Positions 1 to 7,034 are shown, counted from the stretch's first letter. The stretch is 13,515 nt of DNA from a virus (IMGVR_UViG_3300028952_000008:1-13515), one strand, 5' to 3'. Notes: generated by a model from the letters alone, not told the origin. Numbers and translations: made by a program.

Positions 1-1678
1 TCAGCGTCTGCCCGTTCCATACCGGCATACAGCGCATCGCCGAGCAGAAATCACTGAGCACATCCCACGCCTTACGCTGCGTGGTCAGCCAGGCATTACA
101 GGTGATGCGCGGCTCCGTGCCGCCAAAGCCGTCCGGCACCGACTGGTCGCAGTACTGGCCGATGACATACAGCGCCCATTTATCCACATCCGACGCACCA
201 AGACGTTTTCCCATGCCGTAGCGCGGATGGGTCAGCATATCCCACAGACACCAGGCCATGTTGTTGCTGTATGCTGGCTTAAACGTTCCGTCCCAGATAC
301 CGCTGTATTGTCGCGTCTGCGGGTTATAGTTCGACGGCACCTGCAGAATGCGCCCGCGAAGATGATAATTACGACTCACCTGCTGGCTGCCGAACTGCTC
401 CGAGTCCACCTGTACGCCGACCAGTGCCGTGTTCGGGTAGCACTGTTTCACATCGATGATTTCGGTGTATGACGACCAGAGCGTTTTGTTCTGCAGCTGG
501 TCTGTGGTGCTGTCCGGCGTCATCCTGCGCATCCGGATATTAAACGGGCGCGGCGGCAGGTTATCCACCACCACCGAGGCCAGATACTGCGAGGTGGTTT
601 TGCCTTTAATGGTGATGTCTTTTTCCGTCACCCAGCCACCGTTACGCTGTATCTGAACCAGCAGGCGGACTTCCGACGGATTCCGGTCCCCCTTTGAGGT
701 GGTTTCCACCAGTGCCTGCACACCGAAGGTAAAGCGCAGACGGTCGATGTTTGCAGACGTGATGGTCCGGGTAATCGGCGTGTCGTACTTCACTTCCGTA
801 CCCAGCACCGTCTCGGAGCCGGAGGATTCAAATCCCTCCGGCGGTGTCTGCTCCTGCTCACCGGCCCGGAACACCACCGTGACACCGGAGATATTGGTAT
901 TCCCCTCCCCGCCATGCATGATCTCCACCATGCGCTGCGTCATTCGGACAAATCCATTTTCAATAGCCTGCTGATAATCAATGATCACCAGCGCCGACTC
1001 CTCGAAAAGGCACTGAATTTCAGCGGGGGCATGAGCGTAATAGTCCGCAATTCTGCTGAAATTAAACACCGTGTGACGTTCTGCCGCACACAGGAGGAAT
1101 TTCTCAATATCAGGATCAAGGGACGCCGAACGTATCCGGCTGATCAGCTCCTGAGTTTTCGTATCGTCGTACAGTTCACTGATATCCGGTTTACCGCCCG
1201 ACGGCTCATAAACAGGCGTATCAATTTTCGTCGTATACGGCTCCTCCTTATTTCCTATACCGGGCAAAACATCCGTCAACAGTTCATCAATTTCTGTCGG
1301 GCCGAAGCCTGTCAGGGAGACATCAAAATCAGCATTGATTAGGACCGACAGCTCCATCCGCAACAGATCTTCATCCCAGCCAGCATTCATCGGTAGGCGA
1401 TTATCTGCCAAGCGGTACGCCTTTTTCTGCTCATCCGTCAGGCCAGACAGAACAATGACCGGAACAGAATCCATTTTGAGCATTTCAGCCGCCATAACAC
1501 GACCGTGACCCGCAATAATTTCGCCCTTTTCGTCAATCAGCACCGGATTAGTCCAGCCGAATTGCTTAATACTTTCTACCAGTTGTGCCACCTGCTCAGT
1601 ACTGTGCGTCCTGGCGTTGTGCGCATACGGTGACAATTCTTGTAATGGGCGATAGACTATCTTTAATTTCTCGCTCAT
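1..1678 (-). CDS. Chimeric ORF, 3'-truncated by the window edge: N-terminal ParB-like nuclease domain fused in frame to a lambda J-like tail tip / host-specificity protein segment (J-like part about nt 2-908)
   Basis: Hand translation from ATG at 1676-1678 (SD AAGG about 5 nt upstream) gives MSEKLKIVYRPLQELSPYAHNARTHSTEQVAQLVESIKQFGWTNPVLIDEKGEIIAGHGR..., a ParB/sulfiredoxin-type N-terminal motif. The frame stays open to ...EGNTNISGVTVVFRAGEQEQTPPEGFESSGSETVLGTEVKYDTPITRTITSANIDRLRFTFGVQALVETTSKGDRNPSEVRL..., which I recognise as phage lambda J from about residue 57. The frame was translated without a stop from 1678 down to about 661 and spot-checked at nt 2-58 (...LSDFCSAMRCMPVWNGQTL); nt 59-660 were not translated and continuity there is assumed. 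Absent from the ORF track because no stop lies inside the window. Confidence 0.75.
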   Translation of the reverse strand, partial: MSEKLKIVYRPLQELSPYAHNARTHSTEQVAQLVESIKQFGWTNPVLIDEKGEIIAGHGRVMAAEMLKMDSVPVIVLSGLTDEQKKAYRLADNRLPMNAGWDEDLLRMELSVLINADFDVSLTGFGPTEIDELLTDVLPGIGNKEEPYTTKIDTPVYEPSGGKPDISELYDDTKTQELISRIRSASLDPDIEKFLLCAAERHTVFNFSRIADYYAHAPAEIQCLFEESALVIIDYQQAIENGFVRMTQRMVEIMHGGEGNTNISGVTVVFRAGEQEQTPPEGFESSGSETVLGTEVKYDTPITRTITSANIDRLRFTFGVQALVETTSKGDRNPSEVRLLVQIQRNGGWVTEKDITIKGKTTSQYLASVVVDNLPPRPFNIRMRRMTPDSTTDQLQNKTLWSSYTEIIDVKQCYPNTALVGVQVDSEQFGSQQVSRNYHLRGRILQVPSNYNPQTRQYSGIWDGTFKPAYSNNMAWCLWDMLTHPRYGMGKRLGASDVDKWALYVIGQYCDQSVPDGFGGTEPRITCNAWLTTQRKAWDVLSDFCSAMRCMPVWNGQTL

Positions 1679-1690
1679 ACAGCCTTGCTT

Positions 1691-1729
1691 TATGAATAAA
1701 ACGCACCCCAGCAGCCAGTGCTACTGGGG
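1691..1729 (-). terminator. Candidate intrinsic terminator downstream of trkG
   Basis: Minus-strand hairpin CCCCAG-12 nt loop-CTGGGG (1706-1711 / 1724-1729) followed on the minus strand by UGCGUUUUAUUCAU. Short stem and long loop, so weak. Confidence 0.35.
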
Positions 1730-1815
1730 GCGGAGGTGTTGCTGGTAAAGTTAGGTATTGGATCAATGAGTGAGTCAATATAATATTAAACTCACAATTA
1801 TAAATCAGCCATATA

Positions 1816-3273
1816 TTAGGAGCGCCAAAAAAAAACTGAAAACAATATAATAACAGGATAAATTTCAAGGCGACCAAGAATCATAGCTATGCACATTAAA
1901 TATTTTGCAATGTCATTAAGCACTCCGAATGACGATGCAGTAGCCCCAAAACCTAATCCCATATTATTAATACATGCAGCCACTGTTGCAAATGATGTAA
2001 GAAAATCATATCCCATACCATTTAACACCAGTATAAAAAACACCGTGAAGAGAGTATAAAGAAAAAAGAAACTCCATACAGACCTCATTACACGATCTGT
2101 AACTATCTTCCCTCCTACATTTACACTCAACAACGCTCTGGGATGAGAAAGCTGATTTATCTCGTGTTTGCTTTGTTTGAAAAGTATAAGAAATCGAAGT
2201 GACTTAATTCCACCACAAGTTGAACCTATACATCCCCCAAAGAAACTTGACAACAGCAAAAACACTATCGTGTGCGTGGGCCAGTTTGCATAATCTTGCG
2301 TAGCTAAACCATTATCAGTGAGCATGGAGCTGGCAAGAAAAAACGAATGAATAAAACTTCCATGCAAGTCATACATACCTATATGCCAGACCTGGAAAGA
2401 GGTAACAATGATCACCACTAAGGCTATTAACAGAAAGAAACGAAGTTCAATATCTCTGATTAAAGGTTTTATCGTTTTTCTGCTAATAACAATATACCAA
2501 AGAGTAAAGTTGAAAGCCGATAGCAGGGAAAAAGCACCAGCCACCAGCTCAACCAAATAGTTATTAAAATATCCGATACTCTCGCTATGAGTTGAGAAAC
2601 CACCAAGCGAAACTGTGGAAATCCCGTGACAAATAGCATCAAACAAAGGCATTCCTGCAAGTCTATAACAGACAATACAAGCAATACCTAATAAAGAATA
2701 AGTTATCCACAGTGTCCGTGACGTATCGGCCAGGCGGGGAGTGAGTTTGTCATCCTTAAATGGCCCCGGCATTTCTGACTGATAAAGCTTTGCACCACCA
2801 ATACCCAATAATGGCAATACTGCAACCGCCAGAACAATAACTCCTAAACCACCTATAAAATTTAACTGTGACCGATAGTACAAATATGCCCGAGGTAATG
2901 AACTAACATCATCAATTACAGTTGCTCCTGTTGTTGTTATTCCAGAAACCCCTTCAAACAGAGCATCAATGAACGTTAAATTAAGTTCTGAGTCAATCCA
3001 TAAAGGGAATGCACTAATAACAGAAAACAAAATCCAAAACATTACAATTATAATAAACCCATCACGGGTACGTAATTGAATGCCAGATTTCTTAGTTGTA
3101 TACCACGCTCCGCCACCAATGCAAAAAAATATAACGAAAGTTATAAAGAAAACGAACAGGCTTTTTTCTTTATAAAACAATGCTACAACCATTGGTGGCA
3201 ACATTGAAAGACTATAGAGCCAAACCAGGAACCCACACATATGAGTAACAACTCTTACATGAGATGTATTCAT
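1816..3273 (-). CDS. trkG: TrkG/TrkH-family potassium uptake protein (485 aa)
   Basis: ORF-track ORF 1816..3291 begins at a TTG; the first ATG at 3273 gives 485 aa starting MNTSHVRVVTHMCGFLVWLYSLSML.... Multi-pass membrane protein with repeated glycine-rich pore-like motifs (TTTGATV, LGGFSTHSESIGYF, NNMGLGFGAT). Visibly AT-rich compared with neighbouring phage genes. Confidence 0.88.
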   Translation of the reverse strand: MNTSHVRVVTHMCGFLVWLYSLSMLPPMVVALFYKEKSLFVFFITFVIFFCIGGGAWYTTKKSGIQLRTRDGFIIIVMFWILFSVISAFPLWIDSELNLTFIDALFEGVSGITTTGATVIDDVSSLPRAYLYYRSQLNFIGGLGVIVLAVAVLPLLGIGGAKLYQSEMPGPFKDDKLTPRLADTSRTLWITYSLLGIACIVCYRLAGMPLFDAICHGISTVSLGGFSTHSESIGYFNNYLVELVAGAFSLLSAFNFTLWYIVISRKTIKPLIRDIELRFFLLIALVVIIVTSFQVWHIGMYDLHGSFIHSFFLASSMLTDNGLATQDYANWPTHTIVFLLLSSFFGGCIGSTCGGIKSLRFLILFKQSKHEINQLSHPRALLSVNVGGKIVTDRVMRSVWSFFFLYTLFTVFFILVLNGMGYDFLTSFATVAACINNMGLGFGATASSFGVLNDIAKYLMCIAMILGRLEIYPVIILFSVFFWRS

Positions 3274-3410
3274 ATCTAAATATTCTTTCAATTATAACCA
3301 CCTTGCTGCAATATTATGATTATACTGTATAAAATTTAACTCCTCTTAGATCTTACTTCACTGTTCCTTATGAAACAATCATCAAAATGAATCATATTGT
3401 AGTTAAGATT

Positions 3411-3875
3411 TTACTTTAAACACTGTTCGGTTATGTATTGCTGAGCACCTTCAAGTTGGGCCTGCATCATTACCAGTCGTTCCCGGAGGGTGAAATAATC
3501 CCGTTCAGCGGTGTCTGCCAGTCTGGGGGAGACTGCATTATCCACGCTGGAGGTGGCGGTGGCTTCACGCACTGACTGACAGACTGCTTTGATGCGCAAC
3601 CGACGACGACCAGCGGCAACATCATCACGCAGAGCATCATTTTCAGCTTTCGCATCAGCTAACTCCTTCAGGTATTTTGCATCGAGTGCAGCAACATCAC
3701 GCTGGCGTATCTGCATGTCAGTAATGATTGCGGTCGCCTGGTTGAGTTTTTCCGTCACATTATCGCGTTGCGCTTTGTAGGTAATGGCATTATCACGGTA
3801 ATGATTAACAGCCCATGACAGGCAGACGATGATGCAGATAACCAGAGCATAAATAATCACGGCAACTCTGCTCAC
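3411..3875 (-). CDS. rzpR: Rz i-spanin (inner-membrane spanin subunit)
   Basis: Translation ...[38 protein letters not shown]...[14 protein letters not shown]... closely resembles lambda Rz. The ORF-track start at 3890 is a TTG; a GTG at 3873-3875 overlaps the endolysin stop (GTGA) and gives a lambda-Rz-like length of 154 aa. Confidence 0.85.
   Translation of the reverse strand: MSRVAVIIYALVICIIVCLSWAVNHYRDNAITYKAQRDNVTEKLNQATAIITDMQIRQRDVAALDAKYLKELADAKAENDALRDDVAAGRRRLRIKAVCQSVREATATSSVDNAVSPRLADTAERDYFTLRERLVMMQAQLEGAQQYITEQCLK
3470..3655 (-). CDS. rzoR: Rz1 o-spanin lipoprotein, embedded in the +1 frame of Rz
   Basis: [61 protein letters not shown]: lipobox LVVVGC followed by a proline-rich stretch, wholly inside the Rz gene in another frame, as in lambda Rz1. 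Confidence 0.85.
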   Translation of the reverse strand: MRKLKMMLCVMMLPLVVVGCASKQSVSQCVKPPPPPAWIMQSPPDWQTPLNGIISPSGNDW

Positions 3876-4405
3876 TGCTCTATCCCCCAACAGGCTAATG
3901 CGCTCTCCTGATCACGACGAATAACCTGACCGTAACAGTTATTTGAACGAAGGCGGCAATCGCGCCCCCTGTCCTTAATCCACCAGCGAATCGCCTCGCA
4001 GGCACCTTTACGATCACCTGCATTCAGCCGCTTATAAAATGTCGACGGAAAACACTTAGCGGGGCCAATGTTATAGGGACAAAATGACGCGATACCCGCT
4101 TTTTGTGGTTCGGTCAGTGTTACTTTAATATTGCGATCCACCCATGCCAGCGCCTTATCACGCTCAATGGCATTAACCTGATCGCATTTTTCCTTCGTCA
4201 GCCTCATTCCCGGTATGACGGGCTTACCATCCACCATTGTGGCACCACGACAGATGGTCCATATACCGGAACCATCGCGGTATGCCGTTGTGTGGTTACC
4301 TTCTTTTTCATCCAGAAACTGGTCGAGAATATCAGGCGCAGGCGCACCGACGGCAATCAGTGCCAGAACGGCAGCCGACAGGCCGTATCTGATTTTTGCG
4401 TTCAT
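3872..4405 (-). CDS. SAR endolysin (T4-lysozyme-like muramidase with N-terminal signal-arrest-release domain, phage 21 R type)
   Basis: 177 aa; N-terminal Ala/Gly-rich weakly hydrophobic segment [24 protein letters not shown], then E-x8-D-x5-T catalytic spacing ([18 protein letters not shown]) as in the phage 21 SAR endolysin. Partner pinholin lies upstream. Confidence 0.85.
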   Translation of the reverse strand: MNAKIRYGLSAAVLALIAVGAPAPDILDQFLDEKEGNHTTAYRDGSGIWTICRGATMVDGKPVIPGMRLTKEKCDQVNAIERDKALAWVDRNIKVTLTEPQKAGIASFCPYNIGPAKCFPSTFYKRLNAGDRKGACEAIRWWIKDRGRDCRLRSNNCYGQVIRRDQESALACWGIEQ

Positions 4406-4510
4406 GGATATTTATCAGGATTTATCGGTTTCTGAACCCTGGATATGTTTATCTGTCCCGGCCTGTTGAATCAGGCAAGGAATAGTTAAATACAATAGAG
4501 AGGATTATTT

Positions 4511-4783
4511 ATGGACAATAGCACCATTTCTCTACAGGAGTTGCTCGACTGCATTTCCAGGCTTCGGGATGATGTAAATGCCCTTACTGTCGCATTTTCA
4601 TATCTGGCATTCTCAATTCCCAAGGAACAAATGCAACCAACACTGGCATCGCTCCAGCTTGAATCACTCAACCCCAAATGGTCCCAGCAACAACAAAATT
4701 CTTTCAAGTGGCTGGCGGTATTACTGGAAGAAAAATATGCTGGTGAAATTACCATTTCGGCGGAGTCTTCAGTGAACCAGTAA
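4511..4783 (+). CDS. Hypothetical 90-aa protein encoded antisense to the lysis cassette
   Basis: ATG at 4511 preceded by GAGGA about 8 nt upstream; protein-like composition (MDNSTISLQELLDCISRLRDDVNALTVAFSYLAFSIPKEQMQ...). Fills an otherwise unexplained ~340-bp gap between the endolysin start and the upstream gene's stop. Overlaps the 3' end of ORF 4749..5093 convergently by about 35 nt. Confidence 0.4.
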   Translation: MDNSTISLQELLDCISRLRDDVNALTVAFSYLAFSIPKEQMQPTLASLQLESLNPKWSQQQQNSFKWLAVLLEEKYAGEITISAESSVNQ

Positions 4784-5093
4784 TTCTTCCCGGCAGTTTT
4801 CCTTTGTAGGTTATCCGCACACCCTGCGCCTCTAAAATTATGGGGCGCTTTTCCGGTGACTGCTCATCCCCTTCACATAACCCGGCAGCAACATCCAGGA
4901 AGACCTGTCTGATGCTTCTTCTGGCTGCTGCCTCATAAAACTCCAGCGCGGCACCTTCAACACGGTCCAGCGAGATGTCCAGGTCTAAAATTTCACCGTC
5001 AAAGCGTTTTTTGTCCCGTAACGCTAAAGTTACCGTAACTTTATTCTCAAAATTGCGGATCCCTTTCACAATCAGTTCATAGTTTTGAGTCAT
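4749..5093 (-). CDS. Hypothetical 114-aa protein between holin and endolysin (YdfR/DUF1327-like by position)
   Basis: ATG at 5093 lies 4 nt after the holin stop, with the holin C-terminal codons GGAGAG acting as SD (translational coupling). Soluble-looking protein MTQNYELIVKGIRNFENKVTVTLALRDKK.... The family assignment is from recalled gene order in the Qin prophage (essQ-ydfR-rrrQ), not from sequence identity. Confidence 0.6.
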   Translation of the reverse strand: MTQNYELIVKGIRNFENKVTVTLALRDKKRFDGEILDLDISLDRVEGAALEFYEAAARRSIRQVFLDVAAGLCEGDEQSPEKRPIILEAQGVRITYKGKLPGRITGSLKTPPKW

Positions 5094-5097
5094 TGAA

Positions 5098-5304
5098 TTA
5101 CTCTCCCCGTGCAGCCTTACGCTTATCTTCTTTAATCTTGAAATAAAGATTTGTCAGATACGTCAACAGGCCAAACACCAGACTACCCAGCACACCTATT
5201 GCTGCCCACTGTGAGGGCGTGACTCTATCGAGCAACTGTAAAAACCAGTAGCCAGCACTGCCTGCGGAGGTGCCATAGGCGACACCTGTTGTTAACTTAT
5301 CCAT
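5098..5304 (-). CDS. Class II holin, pinholin of the phage 21 S type
   Basis: 68 aa [68 protein letters not shown]: two TM segments plus a charged C-terminus, near-identical to the S21 pinholin as I recall it. An in-frame TAA two codons upstream rules out a longer antiholin form. Confidence 0.88.
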   Translation of the reverse strand: MDKLTTGVAYGTSAGSAGYWFLQLLDRVTPSQWAAIGVLGSLVFGLLTYLTNLYFKIKEDKRKAARGE

Positions 5305-5364
5305 GGATTAAGGACCACCAGCCCAAGCTCAGGCACCAGAACAGGTCTAAGTAATACCCGCACG

Positions 5365-5637
5365 TTACCTCCAGATCCGTTGCTGGAAAGTGCGGGACGG
5401 ACGTGGTGGGCGTTCGGAATAAGGCAGCCTGACAGAGATTATCCAGTGCCGATAGTCGAGACTGAGAGCTTTCTTAACCTCGAACCCGCGCCTGCGGTAA
5501 GAATGAATCAGCCATTCGGCCTGTTCTTCAGTACATGGTGGGTGTTGGTACCAGTCGGTTTTAAATGCGTGTGAACGCCGCTCATGCCGGATGGCAAGGT
5601 CGGTATCAGAATTGTGAAATTTGGTTTTGTGCGCCAT
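5365..5637 (-). CDS. Hypothetical 90-aa basic protein immediately upstream of the holin
   Basis: ATG at 5637 with only a weak SD (AGAGAAAACAG-ATG); His/Arg-rich (MAHKTKFHNSDTDLAIRHERRSHAFKTDWYQHPP...). It sits 60 bp upstream of the holin and downstream of a strong terminator. No recognisable family. Confidence 0.4.
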   Translation of the reverse strand: MAHKTKFHNSDTDLAIRHERRSHAFKTDWYQHPPCTEEQAEWLIHSYRRRGFEVKKALSLDYRHWIISVRLPYSERPPRPSRTFQQRIWR

Positions 5638-5707
5638 CTGTTTTCTCTGCTGGCGCAGCAGGTGTCAGGTGTTCAGGCTGACGTGCGAATTGTAAACCAG
5701 AATGCCA

Positions 5708-5736
5708 GGAAAAAACAAAACCCGCCGAAGCGGGTT
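5708..5736 (-). terminator. Rho-independent terminator (hok mRNA 3' end, possibly also a late-operon tR'-like terminator)
   Basis: Minus strand reads AACCCGC-UUCG-GCGGGUU followed by UUGUUUUUUCC: a 7-bp GC-rich stem, tetraloop and U-tract, about 70 nt after the hok stop. Confidence 0.7.
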
Positions 5737-5804
5737 AAGTGCGGGTGCGTTGAGGATGCCTGACACATCAGAGGTGGCGAGGGATTTCTCCCCCGCCAGG
5801 TCTC

Positions 5805-5960
5805 TTACTCCTCAGGTTCGTAAGCTGTGAAGACAGCGACCTCCGTCTGGCCGGTTCGGATTCGTACCTCGCAGAGGTCTTTCCTCGTTACCAGTGCCGT
5901 CACTATGACGGTTAAACAGATGACGATCAGGGCGATTAACATCGCCTTTTGCTGCTTCAT
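5805..5960 (-). CDS. hok: Hok/Gef-family type I toxin (51 aa)
   Basis: Not in the ORF track (<60 aa). Hand translation: MKQQKAMLIALIVICLTVIVTALVTRKDLCEVRIRTGQTEVAVFTAYEPEE, with N-terminal TM helix and conserved C-E...R.G..EVA.F.AYE; SD AAGGAG 9 nt upstream. As I recall, near-identical to HokD/RelF and Gef. Confidence 0.9.
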   Translation of the reverse strand: MKQQKAMLIALIVICLTVIVTALVTRKDLCEVRIRTGQTEVAVFTAYEPEE

Positions 5961-6016
5961 AGCCTGCTTCTCCTTGACCTTTCGGTCCGTAAGAGGCTAA
6001 TCTCTATGTGTCGCAT
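5957..6016 (-). promoter_or_regulatory. hok leader with a translationally coupled 19-codon upstream ORF (mok-like)
   Basis: Minus-strand ATG at 6014-6016 opens MRHIEISLLRTERSRRSRL, ending in TGA that overlaps the hok ATG (ATGA). The uORF start sits in the palindrome TCTATGtgtcgCATAGA (6002-6019). Confidence 0.4.
5974..6003 (+). promoter_or_regulatory. Candidate promoter for a Sok-like antisense RNA
   Basis: Plus-strand TTGACC (5974-5979), 18-bp spacer, TAATCT (5998-6003); a transcript from about 6010 rightward would be antisense to the hok leader and uORF start region. No RNA evidence. Confidence 0.3.
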
Positions 6017-6218
6017 AGATATGGCCTCAGATTAATGTTAAGCGTCTTGCAGGACGCGTAATGTTAACTGGGGCTTTTCTCTATCTGCCTTTTGGTGTTC
6101 ATGCCTGAGACAGATAGCCTCAAGCACCCGCAGTTATTCTACTTAACTAAGATTTCCCCGCAAACCGTTTTTGTCCGGCACAGTAAATATCCAACTAAAC
6201 CAATGGCGTTCGCTGTAT

Positions 6219-6398
6219 TTACCGCCAGTATTCAATGCACATGACCGCCATGAACACCCCTAAAAAAAGGGCATTTATATGTCCAAACATTAATATCAAA
6301 ACATCAATTTTTTCCATATACCTTGCTGTGAAGATGATGGGCATACATGATGCGAACAACCAGAACGCAACAAACAAAAACTGCAATGCGTTTTTCAT
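6219..6398 (-). CDS. Hypothetical small membrane protein (59 aa) in an AT-rich island
   Basis: The ATG at 6398 (not the ORF-track start 6437) has a strong SD AGGGGGA 5 nt upstream. MKNALQFLFVAFWLFASCMPIIFTARYMEKIDVLILMFGHINALFLGVFMAVMCIEYWR has two hydrophobic segments. Surrounding sequence about 6230-6520 is markedly AT-rich. Confidence 0.5.
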   Translation of the reverse strand: MKNALQFLFVAFWLFASCMPIIFTARYMEKIDVLILMFGHINALFLGVFMAVMCIEYWR

Positions 6399-6518
6399 TA
6401 TTCCCCCTACAATCAATGTGCAATAACATTTAAACACACCTCAATTTGGCCGGACATATAAATATCTAAACCAGAAAAAATCACTTACATAGCGTTACAA
6501 ACTCTTTAGTCTAAATAT

Positions 6519-7034
6519 TCATCGTAAAACATCCTCCACGCTTATCAGTCCATTTCGTTTCAGGTAATCTATCGCCTTCTCCGGTAATTTGCAGTCCGGC
6601 TGAGCTTTTTTCAGTTGACTGACCAGTCGTTTAACCCACATTGTTAATTCGCTAACCTGATTGCCGGATGCTGGTGGATTGTCGGCTTTACCCAGAATGG
6701 CAGCGCAGCAGGCCTCTCTGAGCACCCAGTCAACAGCATCCTTCCATGCTCCTGTTTCGACTGGCGGATTCTCACGCTTTACCTGTTCATAAAAGCGCAC
6801 GGCTTTAACCAGTCCTTCTGATGTCACCGGGACTGGCGGGCCGATGAATAAGGCCTGAATTTCATAGTTCGGCCTGTCGTTACAATCCTCTTTTGTCGGT
6901 ACATATTTCCAGTCACCAGCCCACGGCTTCCCCTGAAAGTCTGTAACGTCTTTTTTCACGTAGCGATATCGCCATGCAACTGGTTTTGCCTGCCCTGCCG
7001 TTTCATGCCCTTCCTGATAATTAATCTCGCTCAT
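6519..7034 (-). CDS. Hypothetical 171-aa protein, last gene of a three-gene coupled operon
   Basis: ATG at 7034 overlaps the stop of the upstream 58-aa ORF (ATGA). Long ORF with normal composition (MSEINYQEGHETAGQAKPVAWRYRYVKKDVTDFQGKPWAGDWKYVPTKEDCNDRP...). No recognisable family. Confidence 0.7.
   Translation of the reverse strand: MSEINYQEGHETAGQAKPVAWRYRYVKKDVTDFQGKPWAGDWKYVPTKEDCNDRPNYEIQALFIGPPVPVTSEGLVKAVRFYEQVKRENPPVETGAWKDAVDWVLREACCAAILGKADNPPASGNQVSELTMWVKRLVSQLKKAQPDCKLPEKAIDYLKRNGLISVEDVLR

Noticed and set aside
227-1342. Plus-strand ORFs 227-472, 456-656, 699-974 and 914-1342
   Set aside because: All lie antisense within the long minus-strand ParB/J-like ORF, whose translation matches known protein families; no SDs noted and compositions look like shadow frames.
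1596-1877. Minus-strand 93-aa ORF
   Set aside because: Starts at a TTG inside the trkG 3' end and runs through the trkG terminator region and the start of the ParB-like gene in another frame; shadow ORF.
2469-2684. Minus-strand 71-aa ORF inside trkG
   Set aside because: Alternative frame fully embedded in trkG; hydrophobic composition is a by-product of the AT-rich membrane-protein gene.
3589-3780. Plus-strand 63-aa ORF
   Set aside because: Antisense to Rz/Rz1; Arg/Ser-rich shadow of a GC-rich segment.
4103-4469. Plus-strand ORFs 4103-4435 and 4215-4469
   Set aside because: Antisense to the endolysin gene; no SD; the endolysin call is well supported.
4486-4755. Minus-strand 89-aa ORF
   Set aside because: Cys/Ser-rich low-complexity translation with no SD; the opposite-strand ORF 4511-4783 has a better start context. 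Not fully excluded.
5380-5574. Plus-strand 64-aa ORF
   Set aside because: Antisense to the 90-aa minus-strand ORF and lacks an SD; both are low confidence but the minus-strand one fits the operon direction.
6235-6426. Plus-strand 63-aa ORF
   Set aside because: Antisense to the small membrane-protein gene, which has a strong SD.
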